The position numbers and the translations under genes were made by a program. Positions 23,431 to 34,599 of a DNA stretch of 64,000 bases are shown one piece after another. Under the pieces are notes generated by a model, which saw nothing but the letters and a program-made list of their open reading frames with translations, made no database searches and was not told the DNA's origin. The stretch is from the NCBI RefSeq assembly GCF_902459465.1, contig NC_047064.1:7068001-7132000 (forward strand). Direction: 5' to 3'. Source of the DNA: Asterias rubens (Eukaryota). How positions within the stretch are numbered: the first letter of the stretch is position 1; every line of letters begins with the position of its first letter.

Positions 23431-25141
23431 TACTTGTTGATAAGAAATCCCCTACTGGCTGATAAGGACAGGCCATGTTTAATTTTTTTATAAAACAATG
23501 AATGAAACTAAATTTAGTTTGACTTTGTTCTCCTTTAGATAGCAGGCCTTATTAAAACCACAAGCCCACTTGGTGTAAAAAAAAGAAAAACAAAAAATCA
23601 CCATGAGCCTACACCTCTAGCGGGTGGGACTTGAACCTGCGACCTCCAGATCCACGACCACGGAAACCTGCTCGCAGGAGAATATTTCCCCCCATATAAT
23701 TTATTTTCCCCCATTTAAAAAATCGAAAATTAAACGCCCGTGCTGAAGGAAAAGTTTCGAAAGATCTTGAGAGCGCTATCAGAAGTAGGCTTAGTTCGCC
23801 GATAGAGATGAGGGACAAAATCTCGGGGGGGGGGGGGTCGGGCGGTCGGATGGGGTGGGGGGGGGGTAGAATCCCCTGCCACATACCGGCGATCTGCCAT
23901 CTATTGTGCGATAGAGTCACCAGAAAACGTTTAAATGAAACGTCATAAATGCAATACAGACCTTGTTGTATTATCATGTGAATTTGTTTTAAAGGTGACA
24001 CTATTTAGTATGACTCGAAATAAGTTGGCATTGAAAATAACTTGGTATTCGAGCAAGAGCTCGAGCTGTTGATAGTATAAAACATTGCCAAACTTAAACG
24101 GATCCCTCTGGAGTAACGTAATTTGTTGACATGGGTGTTTTTTCTTCTATTATTCTCTCGTAACTTCGACGACCCGTTGAGTCCACACTTTGCACCGGGC
24201 TGGTTTGTTATTGCATGAGTCGATTGAGAATAATGGTCGTATTACCAAAGATGTGCCTTCAAAGGGTTTGGGTACTTTTTGTACACAAGTAAACACAATG
24301 TCCTTAAATTTAAATAAAACTTAAACACATTTTGGAGATAGATACTATGGGCATAGAGCAAGGAACAGTAAAAAGCTTCCTTTTAATTATTACTTGCGGA
24401 ACGGTTGTGTTTTTTGAGAAATGAGTAAAACAAAAGCCACACGAACATAATGTTCGTCTCACCTTCATGAAGAAGGTAGGCCAGATTAACGTGTCCCCTG
24501 CTGGGGTGGTTTTGGATTATTTGCTCAGAAGAATTTCAGCTCCGTATATATTTGATAGAACTGCTGAGTAAAACACAGTCCTGGACTATTTTATTGGGGG
24601 TGGTACCGATCACTCAAACAATAGACCAAAATATAGTTCTATTGACTTAGGTGTCGTCCGATAAAGCACGGGACTACAATGGTCTGCCCTAAAGTTGTCT
24701 AAGATCACGTGAGTACACTCAACTTTTATTTCGAGAGTAAATAGTAAGTTGCCACTATTGGGGATAATAATCTAATCTATGGTTTGACCTGGACAAAATT
24801 GCAGCAGAAATGATTTTTTTTGCAGGTGTCTATTGAAGCCCTCCAAAGCAACATATCCAAAGGTAGTAACAAGTAAGCAGGGGAAATAATCATGCATAAT
24901 TTGCATAAATTAAAAATTACCGTTTTCCCCCTATACGTATGCACACCCTATAGTCAGTAGAAAATTTTATTTTGTTCACATTATTTTTAATTTTATGGAA
25001 ATGGTCATTGCAAAAAAAATCATTTCTGTTGCAATTTTGTCTAGGTCAAGCCATATTTTGGCTTAGATTGACCAGACTATAACACTGACGTCACACTTCG
25101 AGGCTCGTGCTTGTGTGAATAACGCCAGGGAGTGTCATCTG

Positions 25142-25304
25142 GACCCAATTTCATAGAGCTGCTAAGCACCGATAAATACAGGATTACCAGCCAAATTTCC
25201 ATTTGTTGCACATACAGTGCTTGTTACTGGTATTCAGCTTTTGTTTGCTTATCCTGAAAATCACGAGCAAAGTTTTATGCTAAGCAGCTCTATGAAATTG
25301 GGGC
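25142..25304. mobile_element. Harbinger-like MITE family with CWG target duplication
   Basis: TIR (g)acccaatttcatagagctgct / agcagctctatgaaattggggc with CTG flanks. Relatives at about 17600-17730, 25920-26005, 48700-48880, 58220-58370, 58450-58632, 58960-59130 and 61203-61444 (CAG flanks). Confidence 0.7.
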
Positions 25305-25539
25305 CTGGCCTTGTTCAATCCCCGACCATCTTCACCTTTCACCTAGATTCATGCAGACGACCACAAGTGCAGCTGCCAAAATGTCACTTCGGACCAATCA
25401 AAACACAGATATCGAAGTCACTGCACGGACGTTCCAACGGAATGGTCTTATCAAAAGTGATCTCACCGGTTTTGCAAAGCTATCTATATCCTTGCGGATA
25501 AAAGACAACCAACCCGTGAGAGCTCAAGGTTAACCCTGT

Positions 25540-25770
25540 TCTGCTGTACATACATAAAAGACTGGGCCCCTATCTTTATCCGCGAGGATAATAAAGACAG
25601 GGTACCAGCTATTCAGATCCAATTATTCCATTGGATACGTTCAGCGACTATCTTGATAAGCTGAAGAAAAAGAAATGTTTTGTTTTACTCCGTAATACAT
25701 GTAACTGTTGTTATTCTTTTATGAGAGTATGGAAATAAATGTATCCTTGAATTGAATTGAATTGAATTGA
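25540..25770 (+). mobile_element. Probable LINE 3' end with (GAATT)n tail
   Basis: T-rich UTR, aataaa, then ttgaattgaattgaattgaattga. Confidence 0.4.
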
Positions 25771-26603
25771 AGCTGATTCCAAGCCGTCCAGTAAACTAAT
25801 ACCGTGGCGGGCGCGCTTTGGCGATTTACAACTGCGCGTATAGTTACACTATCCAATATCAAGCACCATAGTCTTGGGCCAAGACTAAACTATACCACTT
25901 CACATGATAAACTCGTGACTGGCAACCTGTTCATTTCTGCTTAGCAGAAGTGAGTTCTGCAGTAATGTTCTGCTTAATTAGCAGCTCTTTGAAATTGGGC
26001 CCAGTTATACAATTTGCACTGTATGGGGGAATCTCGCTGACAGACAGTGTAGGCTTCTGTAGCAAAATAATATACAATAATATAGAACGAAATCATCATC
26101 ACCTTAAACCGCAGTGCTCAATACATTTTTTTGTAGAGCTCTAATACCTGTATTGATGCAAGACAAAAAAAAATTACACCATGATAACCAAAGATAAAAC
26201 AAAGAAAGTTGGGACTGGGTACATCGACTATGATTTATTATATAGGTGACATAATCAAAACAGCACTTTAAAATCTAACGGAGAATTACCGAGTAATTAA
26301 ATTGCAGTTCTTCATTCGATCTTTAAAGAAACGCATGCCACGATATAACTAGACTTGATTCAAGTCCCGTTCTCGTGCGAATGTTCCCTGAGCATATCCG
26401 CCGTCAAAATGTAGCTATTGTGGTCCAGAAAATGGCACAGGCTAGGCGATGGTCTTACGGGCTCAACAATTTCATGACATCCATTCAAGAAAGGGCACTA
26501 GACGGCGTCTGTACATCAAAGCTACGGATGGTACTTGATGTACACTGGGAATACAAGCTTTCTGTCACGATCAGGGAACGGAGGATAGGCTGCTGGCCCC
26601 TTA

Positions 26604-26801
26604 GACTTGTGGACAAGTCGTTTATGGTCCCACGCGGTGAGATAGTCGAGATGCAGCGAACCGTTGCTGGTTGCGCGATTACTGTGCGCTGCCTGACTTC
26701 TACGCAATAATAGTTGCGCAACCAGCAGTTCGCGCGCGGAGAGCACCGCTGCAACTCGACTATCTCACCGCGTGGGACCATAAACGACTTGTCCACAAGT
26801 C
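26604..26801. mobile_element. 198-bp GC-rich palindromic MITE, TA-flanked
   Basis: About 55-bp near-perfect arms gacttgtggacaagtcgtttatggtcccacgcggtgagatagtcgag; TA on both sides. Confidence 0.7.
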
Positions 26802-27471
26802 TAACGGTCACTGTGTCCGCCATCCAGAGCTAGCTGTGATCCCCAGTTCTTTGGGAACCCAATAGATGGAACCAGAGGCAAGGGCATGAATGAGAGTAAC
26901 ATTCGTATAGATCATCTGAAGAAGGACGCAACACTACAAGAACCAACTGAGCTTTATGGACGATGTGACCTGTGACATCACCATGTTTAAAAAAGAGCCA
27001 CAGGGGGACTTCCTGCAGGCATGACTTGTACGCAGCCTGATGGAAGAAAACATAAAATCTTATATTTTATGGAGATTGCACTGTCTAATTCTTATCGACT
27101 TTTGATATAATGGAAGGGGGCACATCTCAAAATTTGACAGCTTTTCATATTATTCTTGGATTTATGTGAAAATTATGACACAAAATGTCAACTTTCCCAT
27201 AATAAGACATGTGCGGTATTGTGCCTGCCAGAATACTCAAAGATGGTCACACCTATTGTTTACAAAGTTCACATGGTCTATAGGACACTGATGTTGGACC
27301 GGAATGTCTGGAAGGCCACCATCGAAGGTTCCCCAGATGGCGTCGGCTGGAGACAAAAACCTCTCTCTCAAATACTACTGCAACTACATAATACTACTAA
27401 ACAACTTGTTATATCGCTTGCAAACCCAATTATAGCACAACAAAATTACTGTTCAACGTGGCAGCATGCAT

Positions 27472-30171
27472 TTACTCTCTAGGAATCGCACGAACTTCGA
27501 ATGGAGTCGGAGTCAACGTGAGCCCGTTGATAGCCTCGAAAGATAATGGTTGGGAATCATCCGGTTTCTTGAAAGAAAACTGATGCAGTAAATGTGAGAA
27601 GAAGATGAACAGCTCCATCTTTGCAAGCTGCTCCCCAAGACACACCCGGCGACCTGTAAGGAAAACAAAGAACGAAGTAATGGTTGTAACTTTTGTTTAT
27701 AAAGATAAGGAGGCGATGCCGATGACTCGATCGAGAACACAGTGTCAACACAGAAGATACTTCAACAGTCCAAGACGGTCGATGCCTTTATCACAGACAG
27801 TGACGTCACCTATCTTCAGTACTCATTATGATGATATTTTTATGCAGCACACACACAGACAGTTGGCATTTGGATTATTAGTGGACAAGTCGAGTGTCAA
27901 TCTGTATTTATTAGTATATACGTTTCTTAAATTAACAATGCTTCTTTTAGTGTGTCTTCATATTATTGTCAATGTCATGTAAATCCTCGAAGTCCAACTA
28001 TACTCCCAAAAGAAACTTCTTTTGTTAGTAGAATACTGGATTTATCAAACAGAAAATGCGATATAAATCAATGTAACAAAATTCAACTGTATTAAAATGG
28101 CTTCGTTTTGAGTTGAAAGTGGTATTTATCGAAAATACAGCCGATTATGGTCTATCGGTACGAGTGTTTTTCTGTACACACCCTCCCCCCCAGGGTCACG
28201 TTATGAGCACCTTGTCCATTACAACGAGTTTCGTTTTGGGCCCCTATATACATGTATGTTGGTTTTTCTTACCTGTACTAAACGGAAGATGCTCCTCCCT
28301 CGGCTTCAAAGAACCAGCTTCGTCAAGAAATCTCTCCGGAATCAATTTTTCTGGATCGGACCAGATGGATGGATCTCGGCTGACGGCCCAAAGATTAGCA
28401 ATGAGCAATGTCCCCTTTGGAATGTCGTAGCCAAGTAGGCTGGTATCTTTTGAGAGCATATGAGTAATTGCGAGGGACACGATGGACGCCAGACGCTGCA
28501 CCTCCAGGATGGTCGCCTCTGTGTATGGCAGCTGAGGTTTGTCCGCCATGTTGGGTAAACGGTCTCTACCTACTGCATCGTCGAGCTCCCTCTGAACCCT
28601 GGCTTGTACCTCAGGGTAGGCCATCATGTACAGTAACGCCCAACGGAGGGTGGATGCCGTAGTCTCCGTTCCAGCTGCAAAGAGCTCAAATGTAGTCAGT
28701 AACATGTTGTCAGCAGTGATGTGACTCTGGACATTCTTTGTCTCTTTTTCGTAGATGTCTGTGAGGAAAACGTCGATGAAATCTTTGGGATTGTCGAAGT
28801 CCAAAACTCTACGGTGCTCCTCAATGCATTCCCTGATAAACGCTACCATCAGAAGCACATTAGTTTCCACTTCTTTGTATGTCGAGGTGAATGACAAATT
28901 GTCCATAATTGGGAGATATGAATAAGCTCCACCACCAGACAAGAGTTCAAAGTTACGATTCAACAACTTAAGCATCTTCTGAAACTTTGGATCACAGTAG
29001 TCGAATCTTTTACCCAGGGTAACGGAGCAGATGACATTCGAAACAGCGTTGCTTATCAGATGGGTTGGATTGAAAGGATTGTCCCCGTGCTCTTTGATGG
29101 CTTCGAGAAGACATCCTGCTTCAGTAGCGACGGAGACTTCAAAACTAGACTTACCCACACCGAACCCTCTCAAGACAGTCAGAGAAAACTTTCTCTGCTG
29201 AGACCAGCTGTCACCAGAGGCCGATAATACACCTGGAATGAAAATTTAAACCCGAGACTTCAATTATATTATTTTAATACATAGATGAGTGTGATATTGA
29301 TAGACATATTGGAGGTATCCTCCAAAAAGAACTAATAAATAATACAAAGTTTCTTTTGGAAGAAGTGATGCGTCTGAAAAGAGACAGAACTTCTCCCCAG
29401 TAGATGTAAACATTGTTGTATCCACCCTGACTTCATTTGTTATAAAACCTCAAATGCACCATGAAAAGCCTTAAACAGCATCCCTTGCAATTGGTACAGC
29501 AGATTGTACTCTATGTACAAGCCTCTGACCAACCACACAGATTTGGAACGAGCGTTTATTCAAAAACACAGTTAAACTTTCTTTGATGTATAAATTGTTC
29601 AGCACTCAATAATTTGTTCAGCATTCAGAAATTAGCAAACAGCAGTTTATTGTATAACAGCAACTTCGTTTCGCGTATATCCAAGTACTTGAACTGTTCT
29701 AAGCTATACCAGAGTTAGCCACATCAAAGTACTTAGCCGTACATTTTGGTACTTCAAGCCAAAACGGTCTCGATCTCAAAAATGAACAGCTGATAATTTT
29801 TAAACTGAATTACCTAAAGCGTCAGGATCGTGTGCGATTTTCTTGGAGAAGCTTGTGGGTGGACGGGATGCGGTGTTAGGGTGACTCAGAGCCTCCTTGA
29901 TGGAAGCGAAGCTGTTGACGACCACCACCAATGTACCACCTAGATTCATACTAAACACCGGTCCGTAGGTCTTAGCCAGTCGGGTTAAGTTCTTGTACTC
30001 GTCCCCGGCCAAGATGAGATTTAGGAGGTAGCCAAGAAGGGGCCATCCAGTCGGACCGGGAGGAATGTTCCTCGGTCTTCGGTAAGTCCGTGTAGCTATG
30101 AAGAGAGCCATTAACCCGACTATCACTGACTTGACGGTCAATAAGCTAAATACGTATTGTAGGAATACCAT
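27472..30171 (-). CDS. Cytochrome P450 clan 2 (CYP2-like) gene C, intact, 499 aa
   Basis: Exons (minus) 30171-29814, 29232-28273, 27653-27472 (358/960/182 bp), GT-AG. Same P450 motifs (AGTETTAST, EVQR, PERF, PFSTG|RRVCLGE). Confidence 0.95.
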
Positions 30172-30421
30172 TATTACGCTGTGAATTACTCCACAGTGTC
30201 TGACGGGTATACTAACAGCAAGTTCGCGACACTCTATGTATTGTTCTTATTTTATTCAAAGATTGGTTTTATTGTTTCAACGAACAACTGAATTTATACA
30301 GGGCAGTAATGACTGTCACCCTGTTACGTGGTAATCTAACACTGACACTGGAGACCTTGCACAATAGCTACGACAAACAGCCCAAATACAAAAGTGCAGA
30401 AAATGGCAGAACAAGGTTTAA

Positions 30422-30801
30422 AGGGAAGGTACACGTTTAGTAATTGTCAGACCAGTCCTCTCACTTGGTGTATCCATTCCAACTTAAGTAATCAATAACA
30501 AGCCTGTGAAAATTTGGGCTCAATTGGTCACCGAAGTTGCGAGAAAATGATGGTAGACAAACACCCTTGTTGGACGAATTCGGTGTGCTTTCAGATAGGA
30601 ATAAAAACCTTCTTGCTAGAAGTCTTTTATTATTTTAGTGAGAAATTCCATCTGGTTCTCTAAATCTATGCTACTTCAGAGGAAGCCGTAACGTTTCTCT
30701 CAATGTTTTATACTATCAACAGCTCTCAAATGCCCGTAATTACCAAGTTAGTTTTTAAGTTAACATTTGTTTTGAATAGTTACCAAACGTGTACATTCCC
30801 T
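30422..30801 (-). mobile_element. TTAA-flanked MITE, family-1 relative, about 250 bp upstream of CYP C ATG
   Basis: ttaa|agggaaggtacacgttt...aaacgtgtacattccct|ttaa. Confidence 0.75.
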
Positions 30802-31204
30802 TTAAGTTTATACAAAAGACGTGAACAGGCAAAACCACTCTGTTGTTCAGAACGTCACAACTGAAGGCCGCGACAATAAAAAGGAGGGGCGGCAAAATTT
30901 CATAGAACTACAGAGGTCAATGTTGTGCCTATTGTGCGATTTTCATTTCTTAGCGCTGCTAACCATAAGCACACGAAGAGGTATGATAACCTTCCAGTGC
31001 TTACTGCACGAAAATGAATGACGTCACAAATGCAAATTCGTAATAAACGCGCAATATGGCCACCTAAATTAACCTGTAAATAATACGCTTGCGCACTAAA
31101 ATGTTTTGCTACAGTAAGCACGAAAAATTGCCTATACCGTTTAGTTGCGCTGTGAAATTAGGCCCAGGTTTGTAAAAAGGGCTCGAGCTTATTAGTGAAG
31201 TGAC

Positions 31205-31390
31205 GCTTATGTTCTTGTACTCGTCCCCGGCTGAGATGAGATTTGGGAGGTAGCCAAGAAGGGGCCATCCAGTCGGGCCGGGAGGAAGGTTCCTCGGCCG
31301 TCGGTGAAACCATGTAGCTATGAAGAGAGCTAATCAACCCAACTATCACTGACTTGTCATTCAATAAATACATGTTGTGGGTATGCCATA
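31205..31390 (-). pseudogene. Decayed, truncated copy of CYP exon 1
   Basis: Recognisable nucleotide homology to exon 1 of D/E (aagtcagtgatagttgggttga...cggccgaggaaccttcctcccggcccgactggatggccccttcttggctacc). The ATG frame hits TGA after 10 codons, and homology stops at about 31205 with no donor and no exon 2/3. Confidence 0.85.
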
Positions 31391-31719
31391 CTTCTTTTTG
31401 TAGTTGATGGCATGGCCTACTCTGCAATGGATGCAACGTCACGTTTCGACACGATCTTCTCTGTTTGTTATATTCAGATATCCATTTATCACTCAATACA
31501 AATACAATAATCTTTATTAGATCCCAAAAAGGGTAATTCAAATGCTCGCATACAGTAAAAACATTGACACACAAGGAAAAAGTGATCGTTTTATTACTGT
31601 CACCGTATTAATAACAACCAACTGTACATTCCTAAGTTTACAAAACAAGTGCTAAACTCAGTCCACCTGCAGCACTCAACGTCATACAATTATGGAGGAA
31701 GAACCTCCATTGGTACAAT

Positions 31720-31872
31720 GGGTGCGTTCGTTTAGCTTCCCTAGGTCGACTCCGGTCGGTGTGTGGCGGGTTTTTTTCCAGGACGAAAGTGGGTAATTAT
31801 CTGCACACGTTCGTCCTGGGAAAAACCGCCACACACCGGGGTCGACCCGGGGAAGCTAAAACGAACGCACCC
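31720..31872. mobile_element. PIF/Harbinger-like MITE (3-bp TSD)
   Basis: TIR GGGTGCGTTCGTTTAGCTTCCC; TSD AAT. Confidence 0.75.
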
Positions 31873-32210
31873 AATCAAAGCTTCGACAACAGCGGAAAGA
31901 TAAAATAATACAGGTCAACACTCGCTATGGTAAACTGGAACCTATCTATTTTTGTTCCCCCTGACGTATTTCTACCACACTGTCACTCTTACAAGCGCTA
32001 AAGATTCAAATGCCACAAAAGAGGGAACCATTAATCCCGACTAGCCTGAACATCTGACTTGCACTTTTTCAAGGCTCGTAAATTGAACGCCTACACCAGC
32101 CTAGAGCACCATCTGGTGAGATCCTGCCAGACCGATGATTATAGTTTTGACCATGGAGGAATAAACTTCATGCTTGACCTCGCATCTATTCACACGCGTA
32201 CACACCTTAA

Positions 32211-32556
32211 AGGGTGACTGCAGTTTTCTTTTTATTCATTTAAACGATTAAACATGACTTTTTAAACCTGAAATATTTTTTATATTTAGCCTTCATTTGC
32301 ATAAACGTGATGTCATGGCGATAACCCGAATTAGGGACCAGACTCCTTTTGCCGACGATATGTTCGAATACCCGACGTGACGTCGATGGTAGGGGCGGTA
32401 ACAATCAACAAAAGGAGGGGGGCATGACTTATTCGCTAATTACGCAAGTCAGATATGTCGGGAATAAACAAAACACATTATTGATGTTCAATACATATAT
32501 CAGAAATAAATGACAGCAAAATTAACTGTTTTATTTGAATTCACTGCAGCATCCCT
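32211..32556. mobile_element. TTAA-flanked MITE family 3
   Basis: ttaa|agggtgactgcagt...actgcagcatccct|ttaa. The paralogous site near 41128-41145 lacks it (cacaccttacacttg). Confidence 0.8.
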
Positions 32557-33898
32557 TTAAACTTGATTGTACAATGAACACAGCAGCACAACTTCTACTT
32601 ATGGCCTAATACACACAATATTACTCCTTGAGCACCCAAGTCTTTGGAAGTCCCAGTAATGAGCGTTTTCAGTTTCCCTTTTCTGTTTTAGATTTGTTAA
32701 GGAAAACAAAATCGTGTAAGGTTATAGATTTACATAAAACTTACACTGTCTAAAGATAACGATAGTAGAACACATCTCTTGAAATAGTTCTGTCTGTCTT
32801 TGATGAGAATTAATTTAAAATAATTTCCCGTTTTGAGTTTATTGCCCGGTATGAGCGTTTCATTAATTTTGTTGAAAGTCACCTGGAAGTGGTATTTTGT
32901 CAAAATACAGCTTTTGTTACTAAAATAATGTGTTTTGATGAGTGAAATAGGAATAAACAATTAACTCAGGTTTAACTGATCGGTATGATGCTTACGTACA
33001 GAAATACGGTCATGGAGCAGACTGCACGCACTGTATGGCTGCTGCGCGGTCCTCTAGGATTGCCAACACGGTGAATCGCATGCAGTACCAACACAAGATA
33101 GTTACGCTTGGCGCAAGCTAAAATCATGCCCTCAAAGTTGAAACAATACCTGATTTTTGTCACGTTAGGCAAATGCTCTAGGTTCGTTACGTCTTTCAGG
33201 TACCTTCTTTGACTTACCCACTAGCTGGAAAAACTTTTGGGATGGCGTCATGTTTAGTAAAGGACTTTTCTCTTCATGTCAAAATGTGTGGTGTAGTCCG
33301 GATTCTCGAAGCACGACGGCTCGAAGTGTTTGCAAACTGACCCCATCTTTAGTTGTTTTGCTGCATCCAGCAGCAATACACCTGGTCGACATTGCCGGGA
33401 AAATGCAAGAAAAAAAACTTTTTCGAAACGTACAAACTCACGACTAGGACGTGAATGTACTTGCATGTACTTGCACGTACGTATGTTCGATGTTCGATCG
33501 AGGCAAATTCTGCCTTGATTGACGTCACAAAGGGGGTAGGCGGAGTCACCCAACATAACTTTATTAAACAATTTTAAACATAATCGTAAATTGTTAAAGA
33601 CAATTTACTCAACAAATTATTTTATTGTTCAGAAACATATACTCTTATGTTTGAAGATTTTTTTTAAAAATATTTACAGGTGGCTTTAAAATCGATGTCT
33701 GGAAAAATGTGTAATCGGTTTTTCACTATTTTCACGTGACCCAGATACATATGTTTGACTGTGAGTCTCCATGTGAAATAGCTGCGAGGTCAAAGGTACA
33801 TTTGTGCGGATCTGGACATCAACTTAAAGCCGGGTATCTGGCATAATTCTGGAGCCTTGAAGTGTGACGTCAGGCTAGGTGTTCAGGCTTCTTACACA

Positions 33899-34137
33899 TG
33901 GTGCGTTCGTTTAGCTTCCCTGGGTCGACCCCGGTCTGCTCCGGTATCGAATAGCTCTGACGGGGCTCACCCCGGTCAGCCCCCATTGCCCTGCTTGTGG
34001 AGTGGGTCACTTGGGGTGACCTGAGGTGCATGCCGTCACCACGAGAGGGCGAGTGTGATCGTTCGATTAGCTCTTGTCAGGGGCTCACCCGAGTGAGCAC
34101 CGCGGGGTAGACCCAGTGAAGCTAAACGAACGCACCC
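33899..34137. mobile_element. PIF/Harbinger-like MITE, same family as 31720-31872
   Basis: Same TIR; TSD ACA; longer internal region. Confidence 0.75.
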
Positions 34138-34599
34138 ACAGTTACAGAACACATGCGCCCTCTATGTGGACTGAAAACTGCGGGAGATCATTCATGTACA
34201 GCCAAAGGCTTGCTTTGATCATGACGACAAAGCCTCTAACAACAGCAGTAACTCTACATGGCAAGTATAGATACACACGTTTACCGCAAACCAAATATAT
34301 ATTGATACCTCACCATCAATACCTCAACTCATTATAAGAACAGTGAACCCCCATTGTACGACCAATGCGCGTCATAGATTTGCACCATTTGGGAGTGAAC
34401 TATTTTGGGAGTCAATAGAATACTATGTGTACATTTAAAATTTCAAAATGGCGGTAATACTCTCTTGGTCGACGAAAATGACCATGATATAAGACTAATT
34501 TATTATCTCGTTCGATTGACATTGTCGTGTAAACGACTTGTTATATCGCTTGCACGCCTTTTAGTACAACAAATAACTACTCAACTTGGCAGCATGCAT

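Noticed and set aside
33787-33799. AGGTCA-A-AGGTAC as a DR1 nuclear-receptor element controlling the CYPs
   Set aside because: A single imperfect match far from any intact CYP start, with no paralogous conservation seen.
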